NCBI GenBank assembly: GCA_029262795.1
Contig: JAJCYT010000026.1
Span: 50,273-114,272, forward strand
Source of the DNA: Candidatus Fraserbacteria bacterium
GTDB taxonomy: Bacteria > Bipolaricaulota > Bipolaricaulia > RBG-16-55-9 > JAJCYT01
Direction of reading: 5' to 3'
Length of the DNA stretch: 64,000 nt
Of this stretch, positions 19,193-29,681 are shown in pieces. Made by a program: the position numbers and the translations under genes. The notes under the pieces were generated by a model. That model searched no databases, was not told the origin of the DNA, and was given only the letters and a program-made list of their open reading frames with translations. Position 1 is the first letter of the stretch. Each line of letters begins with the position of its first letter.

Positions 19193-19240
19193 AATCGTAG
19201 CCTCCCTTAGCAAAGGGGGCTGGAGGGATTGAAAGCCTTT
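19193..19240. repeat. REP/MITE-like repeat, inverted copy pairing with 18972
   Basis: AATCGTAGCCTCCCTTAGCAAAGGGGGCTGGAGGGATTGAAAGCC. Confidence 0.65.
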
Positions 19241-19253
19241 ACAGTTTTTCAGA

Positions 19254-20426
19254 TTATCGTGCCAAAGCCCCTGCTGATTCTTTCAATGCCTCAACTTTAT
19301 CCAGAGCTTCCCAGGGCAAGTCGAGGTCATTACGACCGAAGTGGCCGTAAGCGGAGAGTTGCTGATAGATAGGGCGGCGCATGTTGAAATTGTGAATGAT
19401 GGCCGCAGGTCGGAAGTCAAAATGGTCGCGAATAATATCGACCAATTGATCATTAGAAAGCGGTGCATCTTTGTTGGTTTTGGTGGTGATTGATACCGGT
19501 TGTGGCACACCAATGGCGTAAGCAACCTGTAATTCACACCAGTCAGCCAAACCAGCCGCTGCGATATTTTTTGCAACGTAACGCGCCATGTAAGCACCTG
19601 TGCGATCCACTTTACTTGGATCTTTGCCAGAGAAGGCACCGCCTCCATGGGCGGCGTAACCACCATAGGTGTCCACAATAATTTTGCGTCCGGTCAGACC
19701 CGCGTCACCATGTGGACCACCAACAACAAAACGGCCCGATGGATTGATGAACAAATTGATTTGATCATTGAACCATTCTCCCAAAACGGGGCGAATCACA
19801 TGTTCAACCAAATCTTTTTCCATTTGTTCCAACGTCACTTCTTCTGCGTGCTGGGTTGAGATGACCACGTTTTCTACTCGAACAGGTCGATCACCATCGT
19901 ATTCCACACTGACCTGAGATTTGCCGTCAGGGCGGATATAAGCCAACACACCCTCTTTACGGACTTTTGCCAGTTGACGTGTTAATCCATGCGCAAGAGC
20001 AATTGGCAGGGGCATGTATTCTGGTGTTTGGTTGCAGGCAAAACCAAACATCATGCCCTGGTCGCCTGCGCCCACGGAATCGAAGTTGGCATCATCCTGA
20101 GCTTTGATCACGGCCTGGTTGATGTCTGGGGACTGTTCATGAATTTTGTTGATCACTTCACAATCATCATAATGAAAACTATCCTCGCCATTGATATAGC
20201 CAATGTCTTTGATCGCTTTGCGTACCACGCTTTCCACATCAACTTTTGCCGTGGTGGTGATTTCGCCACCCACCAACACCAAGTCGGTGGTCACAAATGT
20301 TTCACAGGCGACTGTAGAAAAAGGGGCTTGATCAAAGATGGCGTCCAACACGCTATCCGAAATGCGGTCGGAAACTTTATCTGGATGGCCTTCGGTCACA
20401 GATTCGGAAGTGAACAATCGTTTCAT
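19254..20426 (-). CDS. metK: S-adenosylmethionine synthetase
   Basis: [24 protein letters not shown]... is the canonical MetK N-terminus. The protein is 390 aa. Confidence 0.9.
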   Translation of the reverse strand: MKRLFTSESVTEGHPDKVSDRISDSVLDAIFDQAPFSTVACETFVTTDLVLVGGEITTTAKVDVESVVRKAIKDIGYINGEDSFHYDDCEVINKIHEQSPDINQAVIKAQDDANFDSVGAGDQGMMFGFACNQTPEYMPLPIALAHGLTRQLAKVRKEGVLAYIRPDGKSQVSVEYDGDRPVRVENVVISTQHAEEVTLEQMEKDLVEHVIRPVLGEWFNDQINLFINPSGRFVVGGPHGDAGLTGRKIIVDTYGGYAAHGGGAFSGKDPSKVDRTGAYMARYVAKNIAAAGLADWCELQVAYAIGVPQPVSITTKTNKDAPLSNDQLVDIIRDHFDFRPAAIIHNFNMRRPIYQQLSAYGHFGRNDLDLPWEALDKVEALKESAGALAR

Positions 20427-20496
20427 TACAACAGTCCTTTATCATCGGGATTTGTCTCACTATACGTAACACGCTGTCACGTTTTCAACCCAACTC

Positions 20497-20535
20497 AATA
20501 AAAAGAAGCGCACACGAACAATTCGCGTGCGCTTC
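20497..20535 (-). terminator. Rho-independent terminator downstream of metG
   Basis: GAAGCGCAC-N13-GTGCGCTTC is a 9-bp perfect stem followed on the minus strand by TTTTTATT. Confidence 0.7.
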
Positions 20536-20541
20536 TGATGC

Positions 20542-22199
20542 TTAAGCATTTTGAGTTGATTTTTCTTTGAGCGCCTCATAGCGCGCTTTCAGCTCATCAA
20601 TATCCAGTTTTTCAAACAACGGTTCTGTCGGATTAAGTGGATGTCCACCACGAATTGTGGTGATTTCATCGAAAGTGACGTCTTTCAGATTCAACACGCG
20701 AAACACCTTTTCAGCCACACGAGGCACAAACGGTTGAATCAATACCGACAGCGCTTTGCAGACATGGAAGGCACTGGTCAATATATTTTCGTTGCCTTCT
20801 TTCCAAGGTTCTCTGTTTTGCACAAACTCATTGCCAAACAAAGCCAGGTTGGATATCTCACGAATCGCAGCAGCGAGTCCACCTGCCTCGACAATTTCAT
20901 CAACTTTCTTGGCGGTGGCTTCGACTTGAGCAAGCACATCGGCTTCTATTTCGACATCCAAGACTTTGCCATCGGTCTTTTTGTGGATCAGCGACACCAC
21001 GCGATTGACCAAATTGAGAATATTGTTGTTCAGCGTCGCATTGACCGCCATGTCCAAATCTTCCCAACTGAAAGCCAAATCGCGACGCTCAGGCCGCACA
21101 CTGATGAGATACCAGCGCCAGTAGCTGGGGTCCATCAATTCCAACGCTTCGTCACAGAAGATGCCCACGTTGTTGGTTTTGGAAAACTTCGCGCCACCAA
21201 TCCATTGAAGGTACTCCACAGCAGAGACTTGATCTGGCAGGTGGTAACCTTGTTCCGATGCCAACAGTTGCCCTGGAAAGAAAATCGTGTGAAACGCGAT
21301 GTTATCTTTTCCTTGTGTATACACATGCTTGGCATCCGGGTTTTTCCAAAATTCGTCGAAGCGTTCCGGCGTTCCCAATTTGTCAAAATATTCTTTTGTT
21401 GCAGACACGTAGCCAATGGCGGCTTCGGCCCATACATAAATCACTTTGCCTTCGGAACCTTCAAACGGTGCGGGAATCCCCCACTTCAAATCGCGGGTGA
21501 CAGCACGAGGTTGCAGGCCGTCTTCCAGCATCTGTTTTGTAAAATGCTTAACGTTGCCTTCCCATTCAGGATGGCCTTCCACATATTCACGCAATTTGGG
21601 TTCCAGTTTTGCCAGATCCAACAACCAGGCTCGCGTTTCTTTAAACACAATCTGTGATTGACCACAAATTGTGCATTTTGGTTCTATCAATTGTTCAGGC
21701 TCCAGAAGAGAACTACAATTATCACACTGGTTGCCTTTGGCACGCTCGAACTGACATTTGGGGCACGTGCCTTCAATAAAGCTGTCGGCCAGAAAAATCT
21801 CGTCCACTTCGCAAAACGCACGTTTTTCATCCAAAGGAATGATGTAACCATTGGCCTCAGCTTGACGATACAAGTTCTGGGTGAATTCGTAGTGCGTTTC
21901 CGTTGCTGTGGTGGTGTAATTTTCCATGTCAATATGAAAACCTTTTAGCACCTCAACAATGGCTTCGTGCGTTTTGTAGGCAATTTCTTCCGGCGAAATA
22001 CCACGCCTTAAAGCTTCAAATTCGGTGCGCGTGCCATGCATGTCTGACCCAGACACATGAACGACATCACATCCCTTCAACCGGTAGTAGCGTTCGAACA
22101 CATCGCCCGAGAGCAAACATCCCACCAGGTTGCCGAGATGCATCATGTCGTAGGCGTACGGCCAGGCACTGCAAATTAGAATTTTTCGTTCAGACATGA
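20542..22199 (-). CDS. metG: Methionyl-tRNA synthetase (short form without the C-terminal tRNA-binding domain)
   Basis: The HLGN (HIGH-class) motif is present. KFSKT is the KMSKS motif. The CPKC...CDNC zinc knuckle is present. The start MSERKILI has a GGAGG RBS. Confidence 0.8.
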
Positions 22200-22517
22200 T
22201 GCGCCTCCTAATAAATCGTGAATTTAAGTGGGCATCAATATATCTGCGTGACGAATGGATCACAACCACATCACGACAGGTGTTGGTCCACAAAAAATTA
22301 TTGAATCATTTTTCCAAGTTAATCAATTCACTCTTTAATCATTCAAATTGATATCTTCCCTTTCATGGAATGATAACCGTATCCACACTGAACTATCGTT
22401 GAAAAGGAGAAAAACAGGAGTTACCTTCTTTCGTTTTGGCATCAGCCAAATAAATCAATTTTGAATGTCCATCATGTAAAACTGAAGTTATCAGGTTATG
22501 AAAAAAGGACGGTTGGT

Positions 22518-23192
22518 GTGAATAAAACTTATCGTTGGATTGGATTGATGGGTGTGATTGTCATCATGCTGGTAGCAATGGGTGTGCCTAGTTTAAGCGC
22601 GTTTCAATCGTACCAAGACAGCTTCGGCGATGATGACAGTGGCTGGAAAGAAGATTTCCGGTGGACTTACACCGAAGGCCAATATCGTGTGTTTGTTCGC
22701 AATCCTAACACCATAGACGGATCCGAAATGCCGGATGGCAGTGTTTTTGACCTCAATCAATATTGTGCCGAAGTGGACATCAAACTATTGACAGGATCCG
22801 GCTTGGCAGAAGATGGATTTATTGGCTTCTACATTGGCGGAACGGATATTCCCAGGCGTTTTTCTGTTCCGGGAAGAGCGGTGCTATTTGGTCTCGATAG
22901 TTTCGAACGTCTGATTGTTCTCAGAACAGATTTAGACACCTCCAATGGGCGGGTTTCCCTTGATGTGGTTACCATCATCGGTGAGGCTTTTGAAAACCCC
23001 AACGCCTTCCATACGCTTCAAGTGGATGCCAACGGCTCCAATGTACGCGTTTCCATTGATGATGTCTTTATCACTTCTGTATCTGTAAACACTGTTGGCA
23101 ATATGGGCTTTATGGCTTTTACTTTTGATGATCCAAACCTAAATGCCCGTTTTGACAATATTTCTGTAACCCCCGGTGGCTGCACACCTTAA
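22518..23192 (+). CDS. Secreted hypothetical protein, paralogue A of a tandem pair
   Basis: The start is GTG. There is a signal peptide. It shares motifs with 23354-24022 (QDSFGDD.SGWK, GFIGFY, FDDPNLNARFDNI). Confidence 0.55.
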   Translation: MNKTYRWIGLMGVIVIMLVAMGVPSLSAFQSYQDSFGDDDSGWKEDFRWTYTEGQYRVFVRNPNTIDGSEMPDGSVFDLNQYCAEVDIKLLTGSGLAEDGFIGFYIGGTDIPRRFSVPGRAVLFGLDSFERLIVLRTDLDTSNGRVSLDVVTIIGEAFENPNAFHTLQVDANGSNVRVSIDDVFITSVSVNTVGNMGFMAFTFDDPNLNARFDNISVTPGGCTP

Positions 23193-23221
23193 GACCCAAA
23201 TCCGAATTCAAGCAATTCGAT

Positions 23222-23257
23222 GCCAGAGCCTGTCATCACGACAAGCTCTGGCTTTTT
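23222..23257 (+). terminator. Rho-independent terminator between the tandem paralogues
   Basis: GCCAGAGC-N15-GCTCTGGC is followed by TTTTT. Confidence 0.55.
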
Positions 23258-23353
23258 CACTCCTCCCTCTTGAAACTAATTTTTCCGTTTCGCTAAACTG
23301 AAATAAATGCCTAGATGTTTTCACACAAGGGCTATTTCGGGAGGTGGTGGTGG

Positions 23354-24022
23354 ATGGTTTCATCCTCACAAAACCGTGTTGTTGTTTTGATGGTGGTAGG
23401 CTGTCTGCTCTGGCTGGTCTCCGGCTTTGCCAGCGACGTGCAAATACTGTATCAGGATGACTTTGTCAGCGAACAAAGCGGCTGGAAGGTCGATCACTTT
23501 TGGTCCTATGCCGGTGGTGAATATCGTGCATTTCTAAGTGAGTCTGAAAGCGCCTTGGCATCGGCCTTGCCCGCACCTCATTTGTTCGGTTTAGAACCTT
23601 TTTGCGCCCAAGTGAACGTCCGGCTGCTCAAAGGCTCAGGCTTGGCTCAGGATGGATTCGTTGGTTTTTATCTGGCAGGCCGTGCTGATGATTCCAATGA
23701 TTTTCCTAGCAATGCGGTGCTGATTGGCCTTGATAGTTTCAATCGTCTACTGGTGATGGAATCCTTTTTCAACCAAAGCCTCAATCGCGTGGACACCAGC
23801 ATTTTGTTGTCTGTGAACAACGCTTTCAACGACTTGAGTCAATTCCACACCTTATTGATTGCTGCCCAGGACAACCAAGTCAAGGTGGTGTTGAACGGCC
23901 AATTCTTCGGTACAGTCGACCTCTTTGGCATTACAGGCGAAATGGGCCTGACCGCATTTTCATTTGACGATCAAAATCTGAACGCCCGTTTCGACAATGT
24001 AAGAATCACAGATTCCTGTTAA
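23354..24022 (+). CDS. Secreted hypothetical protein, paralogue B of the tandem pair
   Basis: There is a GGGAGG RBS. There is a signal peptide. Its C-terminus, FDDQNLNARFDNVRITDSC, matches paralogue A. Confidence 0.55.
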   Translation: MVSSSQNRVVVLMVVGCLLWLVSGFASDVQILYQDDFVSEQSGWKVDHFWSYAGGEYRAFLSESESALASALPAPHLFGLEPFCAQVNVRLLKGSGLAQDGFVGFYLAGRADDSNDFPSNAVLIGLDSFNRLLVMESFFNQSLNRVDTSILLSVNNAFNDLSQFHTLLIAAQDNQVKVVLNGQFFGTVDLFGITGEMGLTAFSFDDQNLNARFDNVRITDSC

Positions 24023-24062
24023 TGGTAACAGCAATTTGCATTTATCAATTTATTTTCAAATG

Positions 24063-25400
24063 CTACGGTTCGATCAGTTTCTTTAGCGAGTTTGAAAAAT
24101 GATCTCGTCGTTTTGTCCAGATTGACTTTTGCTGTTGAAGCTGTTCATCCAATTGATCCAAGCCCAAATTCCCAAGCCCGCCCAAATGACTGCGTTTTTC
24201 AATTGCCTGGGCCATGTCTGGTGTTTGAACTTGATCAAGAGAAGCTTTGACTGCACGGTAGGCTTGACGCAATGGCACACCAGCTTTGACTTGCTCGATC
24301 ATTTCATCCACTGCGAACAACTCGGACGTCATGGCTTCACTGAGTTTTTTTTCATTCACCTTTAATTCAGAAATCAGCGGAATCAGAATTTCCAGACAAT
24401 CGGATGTCGTTTGCAATCCATCCATGAACGCAGGTTTAAGTTCCTGTTGATCGCGGTGATAGCCGGAAATGCGGCCCTGAGCAATCATAAATGCTTGTGA
24501 CGCATCCGCTTGCACCCGCGCTGCTTTGCCTCGAATGAGCTCCAGCACATCAGGGTTTTGCTTGTTTGGCATAATGCTGCTGCCAGTGCAGAAGGCATCG
24601 GGCAGATCAAAAAATGGCATCGTTTCACTAGAACCCCAAATGAGATCCGTAGCCAATCGACTTAAATCAAGCATCACGCCGGAAAGCGCACTGAGCAACA
24701 CATGATCCATCTTGCCCCGCCCACTGGTGGCGCTGACAGGGTTGATCTGTGCTTCGGCAAATCCAAGCCATTCAGCCGTTGCCTCACGCGGCAAAGGCAG
24801 GGGCACGCCATAACCCGCCGCAGCCCCAAGCGGACTTCGATCCGTCAACTTAAACGCCGCTTCTAATATCATCAAATCTTCGAGCAATGCTTCGGTAAAT
24901 GAACTGGCCCACATGCCAATGGAGGAGGGCATCCCCCAGCGCGTGTGGGTGGTGCCCGGCATCGGCACATCCTGGTTGGCTTTGGCAAAGTTTAGGAACA
25001 CCTTGCCCAGATCAATCAAATGGTCCACCAGGCTCAGCAATTCAGCTTTTCCATACAGGCGCAGGTCGAGCAAGATTTGGTCATTGCGGGAACGTCCAGT
25101 GTGAATCTTCTGGCCGAGTTCGCCCAAATCTTTACTCAGCGCGTTTTCGACGGCGGTGTGAACGTCCTCATCTTCGGGTCGGATTTCCAGACGATTGTTC
25201 CAGACAGTCTGCAATCCCTGACAAATCTGAGCCACTTCTTCCTCGGAGAGAATGTCAATTTTTTGCAACCCCATCACATGGGCCATCGTGCCACACACGT
25301 CGTAGTAGAGCAGCGCGGCATCGAGTTTGACATCCTCACCAGCAGTAAAACGTTCGACCAGTTGATCTGCCGAGTGTGTGTCTGTTTGCCAGAGCTTCAT
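24063..25400 (-). CDS. argH: Argininosuccinate lyase
   Basis: MKLWQTDT... is the N-terminus. GRSRNDQ is the fumarate-lyase signature. The protein is about 445 aa. Confidence 0.88.
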   Translation of the reverse strand: MKLWQTDTHSADQLVERFTAGEDVKLDAALLYYDVCGTMAHVMGLQKIDILSEEEVAQICQGLQTVWNNRLEIRPEDEDVHTAVENALSKDLGELGQKIHTGRSRNDQILLDLRLYGKAELLSLVDHLIDLGKVFLNFAKANQDVPMPGTTHTRWGMPSSIGMWASSFTEALLEDLMILEAAFKLTDRSPLGAAAGYGVPLPLPREATAEWLGFAEAQINPVSATSGRGKMDHVLLSALSGVMLDLSRLATDLIWGSSETMPFFDLPDAFCTGSSIMPNKQNPDVLELIRGKAARVQADASQAFMIAQGRISGYHRDQQELKPAFMDGLQTTSDCLEILIPLISELKVNEKKLSEAMTSELFAVDEMIEQVKAGVPLRQAYRAVKASLDQVQTPDMAQAIEKRSHLGGLGNLGLDQLDEQLQQQKSIWTKRRDHFSNSLKKLIEP

Positions 25401-26608
25401 ACCTTCTCTTTGCTCTTTTGAGCGATCACGGTGGACAGCCCCCAAAGCTGGATAAAGCCCACTGCATCTTCCTGATTGAAGGTATGGCCGCTTTGATAGG
25501 TAATCAGGTTTTCATCATAAATACCAAATTCAGATTCACGCCCAACCACTTGAGCATGACCTTTGTACAACTTCACTTTGACCGTACCAGTGACGCGCTC
25601 GTTGGCAGTTTCAACAAATGCCTGAAGGCTTTCGCGCAAAGGATCAAACCACAAACCTTTGTAAATTAATTCACCCCAGCGCTGGTCAATCATCGGCTTA
25701 AATTCGTTTTGATGGATCGTGCTGGTAAAACGCTCCAAATCACGATGAGCCGTGATCAAAGTGACGGCTGCTGGCGCTTCGTAAATTTCGCGTGACTTCA
25801 GCCCCACCACCCGATCCTCCACCATATCGATAATGCCCACACCTGCTTTACCCGCACGTTCGTTTAGTGTCTCCACAATCTGAATCATGCTCATCGGCTG
25901 CTGATCCACTGCTGTGGGCACGCCCTTTTCAAATGTGATGGTGACATAATCGGCTTGGTCGGGGGCCTGCTCTGGCGGTTGTGCCATCGTATAAATGTCT
26001 GAAGGCGGTTCGTGATTGGGATCTTCCAACACACCACTTTCAATGCTTCGACCCCACAGATTTGCATCCACTGAATAATCCTTGTTGAGCTGGTCAGGGA
26101 GGGGAATGTCATTTTCTTTGGCATAGATAATGGCATCATCCCGCATCAAGTCCCACTCACGAATCGGCGCAATGATGTTCATATCGGGATCAAGCGAACG
26201 GATGCCTACTTCAAAACGTACCTGATCGTTGCCCTTACCCGTACAACCATGAGCAATGGTGTCAGAGCCAGTTCGATGGGCTAAATCCACAGCCACTTCG
26301 GCAATCAGATAGCGGGCTAATGCAGTGGCCAGTGGATATTGCTGTTGATAAAGCGCATTGGCCTGAACGGCAGGAATGAGAAAGCGATTGGCAAACTCTT
26401 CTCGAACATCGATGACATGGGCTTCAATCGCACCCAAATCCAACGCTTTTTGCTTGGCAAACTCTAAATCCTCACCCTGCCCCATGTCGAGGGTAAGGGT
26501 AACCATCTCACAGCCATCGTACTTTTGCGGAATCCATTTCAACATGCAGGAAGTATCCAAACCTCCCGAATACAACAGCACCACTCTTTTTGGCTGAACC
26601 ATAACCAT
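25397..26608 (-). CDS. argG: Argininosuccinate synthase
   Basis: VVLLYSGGLDTSCMLKW is the PP-loop SGGLDTS motif. The protein is 403 aa, though the true start may be 2 codons downstream. It overlaps argH by 4 nt. Confidence 0.88.
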   Translation of the reverse strand: MVMVQPKRVVLLYSGGLDTSCMLKWIPQKYDGCEMVTLTLDMGQGEDLEFAKQKALDLGAIEAHVIDVREEFANRFLIPAVQANALYQQQYPLATALARYLIAEVAVDLAHRTGSDTIAHGCTGKGNDQVRFEVGIRSLDPDMNIIAPIREWDLMRDDAIIYAKENDIPLPDQLNKDYSVDANLWGRSIESGVLEDPNHEPPSDIYTMAQPPEQAPDQADYVTITFEKGVPTAVDQQPMSMIQIVETLNERAGKAGVGIIDMVEDRVVGLKSREIYEAPAAVTLITAHRDLERFTSTIHQNEFKPMIDQRWGELIYKGLWFDPLRESLQAFVETANERVTGTVKVKLYKGHAQVVGRESEFGIYDENLITYQSGHTFNQEDAVGFIQLWGLSTVIAQKSKEKV

Positions 26609-26904
26609 GCTCCTTCAAATCTTTTTTATCTTTGTGATCATCAATCATTTAATGGAAACAACATCGTGAAACATCCAGAAGATGTTTGTCAAAGGCCCTT
26701 AGCAGGCAAGAATTATAGGGTGAATTTACTACAGAAAGTTGCACCCACGCGTCGCCCACCAAGGGCATCAACGCAGGCGTCTAGAAAACATTGGGGCGCG
26801 GCGTTTGATCGATTTATAAATCGCCATAACGCGCACACTATATCAATGATTTCCCTTTATGTCAAAAGGATTTTGCGCACTCTCTTTGATGATAAAGAGT
26901 AAAA

Positions 26905-26940
26905 CAAAAGCGGGACAAAAAGATTGTCCCGCTTTTTTCA
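26905..26940. terminator. Bidirectional rho-independent terminator
   Basis: GCGGGACAA-N5-TTGTCCCGC is flanked by AAAACAAAA and TTTTTT. Confidence 0.7.
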
Positions 26941-26961
26941 TATGTCGATGACTAAAACTGA

Positions 26962-27582
26962 TTAACTGCAAGGCAAAGTGGCTTCACGGCCTCGTTTGCC
27001 CAAGTGATCGTCAATAAATTTTCTGACTGCAACTTGATCAAACTCTTCAAAAGTCTGAATCCAACCCCAGGCGGTGAGCGCAATAGCTTGTGGCAAATCG
27101 GGATAAGGGGCCAAGATCACTTTGCAATAACGGTTGTCTGAGCGCAGTTCTTCAATGAACAGCTTCAAATCTTCAATGTAATCATTGGATAATCCAGGAA
27201 TGAGTTCCTGACGATATTGAACCAGCACGCCACCATGTTCCAGGTTATGCACCTGGGTTTCAGGCGCAATAGGGCCTTCGTGAATGCCCCAACGGCGTTC
27301 CCAGCTGTCCTGGTGGCAACCTGAAGTGGGTGGTGTGGTTTCGTATCTTGGCACACAACCGGAGGACATGTGATTTGGTGGCAACTCTGCCACGTGGTCG
27401 CCGGCAAGCGCGGCTTCCTCTTGCTGCAACAACATCACAATCCCATAGAGGGCGGCGGCAACGAATGCGATAGACAAAATAATTGTCAATGGTCTTCGTT
27501 GCTGTTTTTTCTTGTGTTGGGACGCTTTCTGCCGTTGCTGCTTTTTTCTTTGAGCTTTGATGTTTGGTTTTTTGCTGCCCAT
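26962..27582 (-). CDS. Membrane-anchored hypothetical protein (DUF3105-like)
   Basis: It has a Lys/Arg/Gln-rich N-terminus followed by one TM helix and then a conserved NLEHGGV segment. Confidence 0.45.
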   Translation of the reverse strand: MGSKKPNIKAQRKKQQRQKASQHKKKQQRRPLTIILSIAFVAAALYGIVMLLQQEEAALAGDHVAELPPNHMSSGCVPRYETTPPTSGCHQDSWERRWGIHEGPIAPETQVHNLEHGGVLVQYRQELIPGLSNDYIEDLKLFIEELRSDNRYCKVILAPYPDLPQAIALTAWGWIQTFEEFDQVAVRKFIDDHLGKRGREATLPCS

Positions 27583-27694
27583 AAACTCCTCTTATGATCA
27601 CGAGATAATGATAATGATTCTATCGTAATTTCCCATAAATCCAATCGCAAGTGCCAGATTTACGAATATTTTTATCTTTCAATCGTTTACTTGA

Positions 27695-28840
27695 TTGAAA
27701 GATAAAATATCAACTATACTTCCAGCAATGATACTTTCTTCATCAACACAAGCGTGGATCGGTCTCAATATGACACTGACACCCCGTTTGATCATGCAGT
27801 TGCTCGATCATTTTTCCAGCGTTAACGAAGCTTGGACGGCTTCCGCCACCCAACTGCAAATTGTACCTGGGTTTGAACGCCATATTAACGATTTCTTACA
27901 GCGTCGTGACAGCACCAATCTGCAACAGGAACTTGAAGACATTAAACGCTTTCAACTCAACGTATTGACATTGGAAGACGAAGCCTATCCCAGTGTATTA
28001 AGATCGGTCAAATATCCTCCGCCTGTGCTTTATGCGCAAGGCAACTACCTGGAACAGGATCAGTGGTCTCTGGCTGTGGTGGGCACAAGGCGAATGTCTA
28101 ATTATGGGCGTCAGATCACCGAACAACTCGCGCTCGGCTTGGCCGAGCGCGGCATCACCATCGTGAGTGGGCTGGCCCTGGGTGTGGATACGGCTAGTCA
28201 CCAAAGTGCACTCAAGGCTCAGGGGCGCACGATCGCTGTTCTTGGTTCAGGCTTTGGAAAATTTTATCCCACAGAAAACCGTCAACTGGCTCAAACCATC
28301 GCCGAATCCGGTGTGGTGTTTAGCGAGTTTCCCATTCATACCGACCCTGCCCGCTGGACGTTCCCCAGGCGAAACCGTGTGATCAGTGGCCTGAGCAGAG
28401 GCGTGTTGGTCATTGAAGGGCCAATCAAAAGCGGCGCGCTGATTACCGCGAAATATGCCCTGGAGCAAAATCGCGAAGTGTTTGCCGTGCCTGGACAGGT
28501 GATTCATCCCAACAGCAAGGGGTGTCATCATCTGATCAAAAATGGGGCAAAGCTGGTGGAGAATGTTGAGGATATTTTGGAAGAATGGCCAGAGTTTAAT
28601 CGTCTTGCAACTTCTAAGATTCAACCTGACAAACCATTGCCTGAGTCTTTGACACAATTACAGCGCAATATTTTAGGATCTCTATCCTTTGACCCTTGCC
28701 ATGTCAATACAGTGATTGAATCAACCAATGCAACCGTAGGCGAAGTATCATCTGCTTTGATCGAGTTACAGATGCTTGGTCTCATCAACGAAGTTGAAAG
28801 TAAACATTATGTGAAAACATTAGGCGTTTCAGCAAAATAA
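27695..28840 (+). CDS. dprA: DNA processing protein DprA (Smf)
   Basis: VVGTRRMSNYGRQITEQLALGLAERGITIVSGLALGVDTASH is the DprA Rossmann-like domain. A C-terminal winged-helix-like tail is present. Confidence 0.85.
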   Translation: MKDKISTILPAMILSSSTQAWIGLNMTLTPRLIMQLLDHFSSVNEAWTASATQLQIVPGFERHINDFLQRRDSTNLQQELEDIKRFQLNVLTLEDEAYPSVLRSVKYPPPVLYAQGNYLEQDQWSLAVVGTRRMSNYGRQITEQLALGLAERGITIVSGLALGVDTASHQSALKAQGRTIAVLGSGFGKFYPTENRQLAQTIAESGVVFSEFPIHTDPARWTFPRRNRVISGLSRGVLVIEGPIKSGALITAKYALEQNREVFAVPGQVIHPNSKGCHHLIKNGAKLVENVEDILEEWPEFNRLATSKIQPDKPLPESLTQLQRNILGSLSFDPCHVNTVIESTNATVGEVSSALIELQMLGLINEVESKHYVKTLGVSAK

Positions 28841-28843
28841 CCC

Positions 28844-29509
28844 TTACGTATTCTGAGTATTTTTAGAAGGATCCGGTTTGTTTTGAGATTGAATCGCATC
28901 CAACAAAGATTGAGAGCCCACCCCACAGCCGATAACTGTTCTCATGGCATTTTCAACAGTGACATCAACCACGTGAATATCTTCAGGTTTCACATGAAAA
29001 ATCCAGCCCGAGGTTGGATTTGGTGCAGTGGGCATAAACACGGTTAAACTGCCATCAGGGTGTTCGTCGGTCACAAAAGTGGTCACCAGCGTGTCGCCGA
29101 ATAATCTGACCAAGGCCACGCGAGAGAACGGTGTTTTTTTGCTTCCAAATAGTTGCATCACAATTTCTTTAACCGTTTTATAGCCAGGCGCCACACGCAA
29201 CACAGAGCTTTCAACCGTGTGGAATAACCATCCGCCCAAGCGTGTCTTTACTGCAACGCCTACCGCAAAACAGAAGGTGAGAATAATAATAATCGCCAGT
29301 ACTTCACTGATGATGCCCTGGAGTTGACCAAACGGGATGTTGTCTAAAATGGATTCAAACCATTGTGCCAGCAAATTTGAAAGTGGGTGAACCATATTGG
29401 CCACCAAACGGAACAACCATTGAAACACCAGATACAAAATGGCCGCGGGCAAAATCACGATGACACCGCCCAGCACGGCTGTCTTGATGAATGACCACAA
29501 TTTCTTCAC
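28844..29509 (-). CDS. DUF502 family membrane protein
   Basis: The protein is 221 aa. It has two N-terminal TM helices followed by the conserved DUF502 core. Confidence 0.55.
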   Translation of the reverse strand: MKKLWSFIKTAVLGGVIVILPAAILYLVFQWLFRLVANMVHPLSNLLAQWFESILDNIPFGQLQGIISEVLAIIIILTFCFAVGVAVKTRLGGWLFHTVESSVLRVAPGYKTVKEIVMQLFGSKKTPFSRVALVRLFGDTLVTTFVTDEHPDGSLTVFMPTAPNPTSGWIFHVKPEDIHVVDVTVENAMRTVIGCGVGSQSLLDAIQSQNKPDPSKNTQNT

Positions 29510-29681
29510 GAAAACTCCTTGTAAAGTTTTACATCAGGTGACCAAATTATACATAAATGTGTGTTCAATAACGCTCACTTCCGCAACCGTGGTTTGATCC
29601 AGCCTTACAATCATCTACAATAAGCGCGGTTTGAAACACAGAGGCAATACACTGTATCGCCCCGTACATGAGGGAGACAAC

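Noticed and set aside
20641-21657. 338-aa plus-strand ORF
   Set aside because: It is antisense to metG, which has clear class-I aaRS motifs.
26525-26902. 125-aa plus-strand ORF in the argG upstream region
   Set aside because: It overlaps the argG 5' end on the opposite strand and has no RBS and no recognisable motifs. The region is more likely the argG promoter and leader.
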